Shown here: positions 51,405 through 61,516 of the stretch, in pieces | Layout of the letters: each line of letters starts with the position of its first letter | Position numbering within the stretch: position 1 is the stretch's first letter | DNA from: Azolla caroliniana | Lineage: Eukaryota; Plantae; Polypodiophyta | Length of the DNA stretch: 64,000 nt | Assembly: GCA_043228905.1 (NCBI GenBank) | Contig: JBHGNT010000004.1 | Location: 20,708,001 to 20,772,000 of the forward strand | Direction: 5' to 3' | Translations under genes and position numbers: made by a program | Notes under the pieces: generated by a model | Databases searched by the model: none | What the model was told of the DNA's origin: nothing | What the model saw: the letters and a program-made list of their open reading frames with translations, nothing else

Positions 51405-52479
51405 TAATATTAATTATCGTGATATCCATGTGGTTAAAGATAGTTTTTTTCTCGATGTTGTAAATGTCTTCTATTTCTCAGACAACCAAATCACCGGTCA
51501 ATATTTTGCCATATTGTCTTATGTTCTTTGTCCACTATGTTTTTCCGAAGCCAACCAATGGTTGCCATGTTGTCTTCCCTCTTTTCCCCACCATGTTTTC
51601 TCGGAACCAACCAATGTTTGCCATATGCCTCTCACCTTCTAAGATGCCACATGACATATAGCCCTTATGAGAAGCAATGAGTGTGTGGGCGGAAAGGTAA
51701 AGTTGTAGATGTGCATTAATTTGGTTCAGCCAAAAAGCATGAGCTTTTCCTACTTTAAGGCCCATCAAACCGTTGCTTTTTTTCGATACTATACATAAAA
51801 ATCTGTATGTAGTGACGTAGTTTGCTGATTATATGAGGTGAAACCTATTGCAATGCATCACTCTCTCTCTCTCAAACCCTAAATCTTTTGCAAGAAATCG
51901 ATTTCCCTATCTTTATAGGAAGCATTAGATGTTTGAGTCTCGAATTCTCGAACATGATAATAAATTTGAGTCGAGGAGGCTCATGGAGCTTTGGGATGCA
52001 TAATCTTGAGCATAGCTTGCTTTCTCTCTTTTTTGTTTGGATTTCGTCACTTTCCATCTCGCGAATAAATTAACATGATCAGGATGGATGTTGTTTTGGC
52101 CCCGTTAAAGATGGCATGTCACTTCTTCCTATTGCTCCTCCCTCTTTCTTCATAAAAGTAGTGTATATATTCAAATATCACTCAGTAATGACACCCCCAA
52201 AAACCCATGTTGTCCCTACTAAAAACAAGGTGGATCTTATGGTAAGGCAAACAATTTAAGTTTGACATAAGATTAGTTGACATAAAGGCAAACACATTAT
52301 TCGTAAGGCGAGGGCGCCCCATATGCTTGTAATACCTTTATGTATGTATCTTAGTTTCATGATGGTGGCAACTTTAGCGATGATGAGTGGTTGAAAGAAT
52401 TAAAAAGAAGGTCAAGGGGTTCAATTTTCATATCTGCACTTTCACAAAAGCATCCCAATGCTACACATGCCATGTGTCC

Positions 52480-52760
52480 ATCCATTTCTCATAACCTGCT
52501 ATACATACATACATACATACATACATACATACATACATACATACATACATACATACACATTATTAGGTTAGCATTCATTTCTCTTAAGCTGCTATACATA
52601 CATACATACATACATACATACATACATACATACATACATACATACATACATACATACATACGCATTAGACTAGCATTCATTTCTCTTAAGCTGCTATACA
52701 TACATACATACATACATACATGCATGCATGCATACATACATAGACATTAGATTAGCGTCC
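52480..52760. repeat. (ACAT)n microsatellite blocks within a duplicated unit
   Basis: (ACAT)n runs separated by ATTAG..TAGCATTCATTTCTCTTAAGCTGCTAT, which occurs twice. Confidence 0.9.
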
Positions 52761-52933
52761 GTCGGATACGTGTGACAATGCGGATTCGAACCCATGATGA
52801 CCCCACTCACTTCTTCCAGTTTTAAAAATACACACAAATTATTATTATTATTATTTATAAAATTATTGACGTGCTTTCGGCTCAAATTTAGATCTCGAGT
52901 TTCCATTCACTCAGACACGACACACACACACAG

Positions 52934-53009
<76 letters not shown>

Positions 53010-53282
53010 ACTTCTTCTTCATCGCCGTCTCCTCCTCCTCCTCCACCAGTATTACCATCGCCATCGCCATCGCCATCGCCATCATCTTCATCGTCATTGT
53101 CTCTCTTGTCACCGCCGCCGCCCCTCCGTCTTCTCCCCAGAGCTTTGAGCTTCATCCATGGAGTTCCACACACAGAGATCTAGTCGTGTTTTTTTCTGAC
53201 TTAGCACCTATCGCTGCTTAATACGAAGCTTCTAAGGTGTTTTAAGGTGAGTTCTCCTCTCTCCCTGCTCATATATACATGC

Positions 53283-53332
<50 letters not shown>

Positions 53333-55348
53333 CCCCTTCTTCTTCCATTCTCTTCCTTCACTGCCTCCTTTTTCACCGCCGTTTCTCTTTCGTCCGTTGC
53401 CATTTCTCACCATTTCCACCTTATGTTTTTGCTCTTTCCGGAATAATTCTCCTGTCTAAAATAAATGCACGCATTCGACTCCTTGCTGGTCAACAAAATT
53501 GTAATATTTAGTCAGTTATCCTTGTTCTTCACGTCATAGTCTCTTGACCTGTATTCTATTTGTAGATCACGTGTTTCTGGGAGGAATGTACGGTGATAAT
53601 GCTACGAATGCTATCAGGAGATTGAAGGAAAATCTGAAAATTGACTGAAATACTGTATTTTAAAAATGTTTTCCCAGTGTTTCAAAGAAAGTTCAGAATG
53701 TATGATAGTATTACTAGTGATTTACCGGATTTCCTAGACAAAATTGAAGGTTGACTGTTTTCATGTCTGGAAATCACAGCTATTTTCCCAGTTTCAGGGT
53801 TGACTGATTTTTCGGTTGGAACTGGCAGCCATGGTTGCCGTTTTTCTAAGAACGCCTGAAGGCTGGCACTAATTTCTGGTTTCAAATGCTAGGAATTTCC
53901 CATTTTAAAGAATGTCTGAAGATTGATCAAATTCTTTGTTGGAAATGCTCGCAACATTTTCTAGCATTTCTAAGAATGTCTGAAGATTGAATTATTTCTA
54001 GATAGAACCATTGTGATTTTTTCCAGTTTTTAGAGGAATAGTTGTGGATTGTGAATGGTTTTTGGCTGAAAACGTGTAAATTTACGAAAAATTGATAGTT
54101 CAAAAATGGCAAAAACTATTTTGCCTCAAATTCAGAGTGTGACTTTTGTAAAAGTGTTCATTGGCATTGAAGAATAAGTGTAAATCTACATAAAATTGGT
54201 AGTTCAAAATCAAAATCTATTTTGTGTCAAATTCAGAGTATGACTTTGCACAAAAATGATCATCGGCATTGAATAAAATGTTGTGAATTCTCAGTAAATC
54301 TGATGTAGGAAGGACAATGCATATCTATAATAGCCTCATTGCATATAGAAATATTGCAGGCGCTAGTTGTTCTGAAGCAGAAAAGAGTCTACATTCTGTT
54401 ATTTTGTGTGCTTTCGCCTTGAAAATGAATCAAATTTGTGCCATTAATTAAGCTTTCCATTTTGTGGATGATCATGTCAAAATAACCATATGTTGGTCTC
54501 TTCCTTTGTTTTATTTTTTTGCTCCCTAATAGAGTATCTACATTCCTGCCATCAAAATAAAGTCAGCAGACCTATAGTTATGCCATTGATTGAAGCATCA
54601 TAGCTGAGGTATTTGCACATAAATTTTCTATAAAAGTTTATCACTTCACTTCAACGAGTCTCTAGTTTATTCACATAGAGTCATGATTCTCTTTTCCAGA
54701 AAAATATACATTTCTTATATTGTGAAAAAATTTGATGCAGAAGAGCAGTACTTTTGTTTTCTCCCATCATCTCTATGTTTGTTGTGGAGAAGACGGAGGT
54801 TCAAGTCTCGGGTTAATTATCTGGATTGAACTGAGAAATATATCTAATTGCAAGACGATGCCACCGCATGATGACATGTATGTAAAATTCTCATCTCACG
54901 GATTTTGCTTTTGTAAAAAACACAAGGCACAATTTCTATGCTCAATGCAGTAGAATCAAGCTCTCCGAACCATAGATTTAACATAATAAAGTGGTTTATT
55001 AATCAAAACATGTGGAAGTCTAGAGGTTTTATACCTTATGTTAGCCTTAGTTAATACCTAATAATATAGCTTGTTGTATGCTCTTAGCCAGGTGATTTTC
55101 ACTCCTTGGATACAAAAATATTGTTGTTTTGACTCTTGAGTATATTTTCTTCACAAACAAGTTATCAAGCATAAAAGAACAATCCAGCCTGTGTATGCAT
55201 ATATACGTGCTTGTAAACATGGATGAATGCATAACTGTGAATAGATTCACTATTGATACTTTCTGGAAATGATCTGTACTCTGGGTATGCTAAGCTTTTT
55301 CTTTTATTGCTGCACTAAAGGTTACCGGAGGCTGCCCTCTCGGATCAT

Positions 55349-57473
55349 ATGACAGCGAAACAGGAAACAACAGAAAATGGCATATTAAGCCAGAATCAGA
55401 TAGCCCCTGTAGACAAAGAATCTGATATGTTTGCACAAGTGGCTGGCATTTTGGACTCATTAGATCTATCATCAGAGAGTGTACCTCCAAGAGTGAATCT
55501 AGAAGACTTTGTAATAGAGCCAAGAACTGGGTTCAAATTTCCATCCCTTCTTATTCCAACTTGGTTGGAAGAGGGCTCAAAGTATGTTCCATGTACACAG
55601 GTAAGGTGATGATTTCCTAGATTTTTCTGTTCTTTTGTGGTTACTGTAATCTTAATATGACACTTTTCTGGCTAATATCTGTAAGCTGTAACTGACATGA
55701 TGTGCTTTTATGTACACGCTTTACATTGGTTTCCTTGTATTTTGTGTTGTGAAATAAGAAACACAATATGGTAGTTTTTGGTATAATATGTAGAAGCTGT
55801 TCATCGACAGGGTGTAGTATTGATTGAAGTTGATTATTAGGTGTGTGCAGGGGTAGGGATTCGAGGAGTAAGCGTAATAAGGTTGCCGGTGCTAAAAATA
55901 TATGCATTTGCATTCTGTAAGCTTTCTCTGAACTTTAAAAAGAAATTTATCATTCTTGAATCTCCAGTTAATCTAGTTCTTGTCGTAAGCATGTACAATA
56001 TCTTTTCCTAGATGAAAGATATAAGTACCGTTTCTTTCTTTTTCTGTGCAGATATAAATGTAGAGAGGATGAAAGAAGAGCTAGGATCAGAATATGGGTC
56101 GATGTCGAGCCAGGAGTTCAAATTGAAGAAGAATTTCTCTGAGGATTTATTGAGGTTATGGATCTATTCAACTCTATGTTTAGAACTGAATGCAAAACCA
56201 TGTTAGGAAGGGAATTTATCCATAAGCATATGAAATAGAATGCTATCAAGATGTAATGTAAGCTCCTACTGCATTATTATATAACCCTAATCTTGGATTT
56301 TGATGGTGGATTTTCAGGCATGAGCTTGAAATGTCGGTGCGATTGGTTGTTCATCACAAACGTGTTAGAATAGGCATGGTGAAAAAGTGAGTTATGAACC
56401 ATTTTGTAACCTTAATTTGAATTCAATTTGGAGGCTAGAGTAGGCACACTAGTTTGTTGGTGTTGTTACACTTAATTATAGTTCTAAAGGTCATGCTGAT
56501 TGATGCATTGTTACGGTTGTCTGTGTAAATTAGCCTTATTTGTTTAACGAGTACTTGATTTTGTCATAAAACTGAAATGTAAATTTGAATTTGTGGCAGT
56601 GCTTTTGAGTCATCTTTGAAGAATCGTCTGAGGAAGGTAACAACTTTATCTATTTTGTCTATGATTGTGTGATATATCATTGTCAATCTCCATGTTCCTT
56701 TGTTATTATAAGAACGTCCAAATAATAAGTGCTGAAGCTTGACATAAAATGGTGATCACCATCATCCATTGTTATCATAAGAAACAAGTAAATGCTGAAT
56801 CTTGATAAAAATTGCATCATTACAGCTCAAAGGAACAGACGACGATGAAGGTTTGCGAGTATTCTGCTCGTATTTCACAGAGGATCTTTTGCTACCCGCG
56901 GTAGAAAATCTATATATTGGAATTCTGATTCCAATAAACTCTCTATATCTGTCCCAACATAATTCGAATATCTTGCTTTGCAGGGCACTGTCATAGATTT
57001 CCAGTGGCAACCTGGGGGCTTGTTTCACACCACAGGTTAGCATTTGTTACATATTGATTTCTTTTCAGCCGCGAGTTTTTGCTACATTTTGCCTTCTTTT
57101 TAAACTGTGGGTTTCTCTGATCACATGGTTGGTTGCATTGTAGCTCTGGTTATTTTGTTGCATTATTTATTTCTTTTTTTGTTACTTTATATATCATTAT
57201 AAAGCGTGTATTTGTTTGCCACGTGATTCACAGTTGGAGAGCGTTTCATGGGCACTATTTTCAGCGCCGATTTCTGTAGTAAGTTTTGAGTGTAAAGTGT
57301 GTTTCAAAGTTAATATCAGATGATCAAAATTAATAAGACATGGATTTATTCTCTCCTGTTATATTGCTGTTTTATTAGGGGCGTTCTTTGATTTATACTT
57401 GGGAGATCCTCCTGTCTGCCCCAAAGCCAAACAAGACATTTCTCTAAAACTCTGGCAAATGTTACAAAAGTGA
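55349..57473 (+). CDS. FAP2: Chalcone-isomerase-fold fatty-acid-binding protein, FAP2-like, 9 coding exons
   Basis: Exons ~55349-55600, 55841-55916, 56052-56154, 56318-56387, 56600-56636, 56826-56900, 56983-57034, 57234-57277, 57379-57473. Motifs IEPRTGFKFP, GVGIR..LKIYAFAFY, EDLLR.ELEMSVRLVV, AFESSLKNRL, PAGTVIDF, FCRAFFDLYLGDPPV. A 5' UTR exon with (CT)n ends at the donor at ~53247. Confidence 0.85.
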
Positions 57474-58595
57474 AGTCACATTCTCTCATCTAATTTGTTA
57501 AGAATAGCTCATCCTAGCCATGATCCTACCCCTTCAGTGGTTCTTGATTTGATTTAACACAAGTTTTTTACTTGATTTGGAGGTTGATTATCACCATTGC
57601 CTCTCTAAAGTAGCTGTATGTTAGCTTCGTTTTCAGAGCTTATTGCAAAGCCTATATTTCAAGAAGAAAAAAAAAAGGCTGTTTTTAATAAACTCTACAT
57701 TAATGTGAAAATAACTGGATATAATATAGTTCTTACTATGATGTTTTGTTTGGAATTGTGTATTTGAGTATTCTTGAATCGCGGTAGTCGTAGTGTGATT
57801 GTTATATACTCCGATGGAATATGCTTTGTCCATTTGACATTCTTTGCAATAATATCCTGTGGAATATCCTTTCTTGATGGTATGATGCGATGTTGGATGC
57901 TTTTGAATCTCGTTAACATTATAATAAACGATATGTAATGCTAGCTGGCTTAATAGTAACAAATCCTCAACCAGTGCGCAAACTTAACAGGATCTTCGAG
58001 ACATTACTTTTAAGAATAGAAGGGGATTTAAAAATCATGGAAAATGTTTACATCAAAGAACACATGCGTTAATGTTGTATTAATTTATTATGATCAATAA
58101 CTGAGGTGACTGCTGTAGAATAAAATGCTTTATGTTGTGACTAAAGCGTTTTAACATCTCGCTTGCGTCGCATATAATTGGTATAATTTTTTTTTGCTTG
58201 CGGTCTATTTGTAAGAATAATCAAGAAACAACATTAATAGGTAATGAGGTGTGGATTAAATGTAAAAATTTAACGTGATTAGTAGCATAAGAACTTTGTG
58301 AATGATATGTCAACAACAAATTAGAAGATCATGGTTATGTAGGTTGCAATGCTAAGATGAGGATATGCGAGTGAAATTTCTTGAAATCATTATCTGATTA
58401 AAATGCATACCTTATTGGACACTAGTGGTACCACCCTTGGTAGAAGCTGCATATGTTACGGGCTTGACATAATTAGTAAGTGATGCTCACGCAAATCTCT
58501 CTGAGTCATAAAATTGAGAGAATCTGAGTTTGTTCTTGCCATGGGCTAGGCCATGTCTCATAGGATTAGTATAGGTCTCTTGTGGATGTTAAAAA

Positions 58596-59230
58596 ATATC
58601 TATCTCAATGGTGTGGATATAGTGGAGCTCCCCAAAATGAAGCATGCCTATGAGCAATCTCCCTCCCATTATCTCTCATTCGAGATATCAACATGATAAA
58701 ATATATCTATTTATCTCAATGGTGTTGTTTTAGTGGAGTTCCCCAAAACAAGGCATGCCTATGAGAAATCTCCCTCCCTTTGTCTTTCTCTGTAAATAAC
58801 AACATAAAATAAATAAATCTCAATGGTGTGTTGTTATTGGGTTGAAGATGGTGTGCCTTACTGCATTACTTGCCAATCATTCTCCTCAGCTACAAGCTAG
58901 ATCATATCTCACACATATATGATACAACCTATCTTACAACGAGGATGACCTAATGTCACATGAGAGGCTAGAGACTACATAATACTGATTTGTCAAGGTG
59001 GGTGATTCTATTATGATTCTCTAGTCTTAATGGTGGATGGCATGATATGTGAATCTCTAACCTTAGCCATAATGGTATAGTCATCAAGATTGGGATTCTA
59101 TTGTGATTCACAAGTCTTAATGGGGTGGCATGGGCATGTGAATCTCTAACCTTAGCCATAATGGTATATTATTAAGTATGTAGTCAAGGTGGGGATTCTA
59201 TTGTGATTCCCTAGCCTTAATGGTGGAGGG
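58596..59230. repeat. Two adjacent degenerate tandem arrays (~105-110-bp and ~91-100-bp units)
   Basis: TCTCAATGGTG at 58603, 58714, 58818. TCAAG..GG..ATTCTATT.TGATTC at 58993, 59084, 59184. Confidence 0.85.
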
Positions 59231-59579
59231 TATTGGGAATCACTGATTGTTTGTACAAAGGATATAACATGGTCTAAAGATGGTTGAAAGATATGTTCCG
59301 CCCACCCCCAACATTTGGTAGTTCTGCATACGCCCACAAGGGCCCAATCTATAGTTCTCCACCGTTTGAAGTTTGAATAAAAATACATTATAAATATCTC
59401 AATGAGAATTCATGGAAAATTACTTAGTTATATGGCCCGCATGGAGTAAACTGCGAGAGAGCGGTCGAGCGATTCCTTTGATTTATTACATAACAAGTGG
59501 ATGCAATGTGAACGCGAGGATCGTGTTTCTTGTCTTTCGATGGGCATATGTGTCTCCTAAAAACCACCTCCACTCTCAT

Positions 59580-59625
59580 AAACCCTAAACCCTAAACCCT
59601 AAGCCCTAAGCCCTAAACCCTAAAC
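59580..59625 (+). repeat. Interstitial telomere-type repeat (AAACCCT)x6.5 / telo-box cluster upstream of the RBR gene
   Basis: AAACCCT x3, AAGCCCT x2, AAACCCT, AAAC. It lies about 240 bp before the ATG. Confidence 0.85.
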
Positions 59626-59760
59626 TTAGTATTCTTCTTCTTCTTCTTCTTCTTAACGTTTGTTATAACTTATTATATAAGGAATGAAAATAAGGCACGC
59701 CACACCATCTTCCTGCTTCTATTTTAAGAAACCTTTCTGAATACGTCCATACAAACATCC

Positions 59761-59792
<32 letters not shown>

Positions 59793-59861
59793 ACACAGAC
59801 ACAGACACAGACACACAGACACAGACACAGACACAGACACAGACACAGACACAGAGTGGCT

Positions 59862-61516
59862 ATGGCAAGCTGCAGTAGAAGTGGCTATGACATTGACCTT
59901 CAAGCAGCCATAGAGGCTTCTGAATACGAATTCGCATACCAGCTTCAGCTTCGAGAGGTCCTCAACCTCTCTGATTCCGATCTGGCTTTCAACCTTCAAA
60001 TCCAAGAAGCCATTAACGCCTCGTCGGCAAACAACCCTGACTATTCTGCTGCGTCTTCTTCTTCTTCATCATCGGATCCGCGTATCGGAGCTTTTGTCTC
60101 GGAAAACGAACGCGCGTCTCCTTCCATAACAAACCTCAAACTCTCGTTTCCTTCTTCTTCGGAACTTGATTCAGGTATCGGGCCTTCTATCTTAGAAGAA
60201 CACATGCCTCTTTTTAATCGGGAGAATCCAACCCTTCTAACTATTAATGCGAGGCGGGACCAACCATCGTCCTCTCAGGTTATGTTTGTGCATGAAGAAA
60301 AGCAAAGCTTGATTATTCATAGAGATGGAAAAGAGCCGGCCATCGAAGTAAATGAGGCGACACCTGAATGTGTTAAGCCCCCTTTCTTAGATGTTAGCCA
60401 TGCGAAGTCTCATTGTGTCATATGCTTAGAGATGGTGAGTGAAGGGGAACGTTTTCATGGGCTCGACTGTTGTCACACACATTGTATTCCTTGCCTTGTC
60501 CGGTATGTCCAATTCAGTGTTTTTGAGGGGATGCAAATGAGATTGCATTGTGCCGATGTGAGGTGTGGAGAGACAGCATCTGTAGAGGAGTGCGAAAAGT
60601 TCTTACCTTCAGCCATGGCTGAACAATGGAAGAATCTTGTGCTTGAGCAAGAATTGGCTCCCGAGTTCCGTCGTGTGTATTGCCCTTTCAAGGATTGCAA
60701 TGCGATTCTTATTAGAGATCATGAAGAAGGAGATGAATGGAATGAGGGAAGAAATAGTGCTGAGTGTCCCATGTGTAATCGATTGTTTTGTATGGATTGT
60801 ATGGTGCCTTGGCATGCTGAGCAAAGTTGCGTTGAGTATCAGAGGCTACCTGTGGATGAGAGAGCTTATGAAGATTCCTTGTTTAAGAGTCTCGCAAGAA
60901 ACAAAAATTGGCGGCGTTGCTCTAAGTGTAAGTTCTTCATCGAATTGGCAGACGGATGTAACCATATGACATGCAGGTAAATTTCAAACTTTCTTTGGCT
61001 TGTTCATCATCATCGTTGTAACTTATTCTTTTATTGACAGCAAACATTTAACAGCAAACACACTCCTCTTGTTGTCATTGTGTTCGACCATTTTTTATTG
61101 TCTTGCATTGATCTCCTAATCCAATTTTTTATTTCCCTAATCCTGATAGTGAATGTAGGTTTTGGGTACATCTCTAATAACTGAACATGATTTTTTCATG
61201 AAAAATAAGGTTAAATTTATGCTTCTAAGGGATATTTTTGCATTGAAAGCTTACATCTAAAATGTAATCATGATTGAAGATGGATTAATCATGCTTTTAT
61301 TAGAAATCTTCATGAATCTGGGCTTTCCATGCCTGTATATTCATAAGAAGAACCATAGCGCATCATTTTTTAGTATGTTGCTTATCATTTTCTAAAGAAA
61401 TTGTTCCCTCTTTTCCCTGATGCAGATGTGGATATAATTTTTGTTATATATGCGGAGGCCCTTGGTTATCCAGTGCGCATACTTGTGATGCATCTAATAT
61501 AGCGGCTGCTGATTAG
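59862..61516 (+). CDS. RBR (RING1-IBR-RING2) E3 ubiquitin ligase, RSL1/RNF144-like, 2 exons
   Basis: Exon 1 59862-60976, exon 2 61426-61516. RING1 CVIC..CCHTHCIPC..CADVRC, IBR YCPFKDC..ECPMCNRLFCMDCMVPWH..C, RING2 CSKC..DGCNHMTCRCGYNFCYIC with the catalytic Cys. Confidence 0.93.

Noticed and set aside
52770-52830. tRNA gene
   Set aside because: Only a B-box/T-loop motif is present. No acceptor stem, D-arm or anticodon arm can be built.
52391-53459. ORFs rich in YIHT, LSLS, ERER and YIYI
   Set aside because: Microsatellite artefacts in the FAP2-like promoter and 5' UTR.
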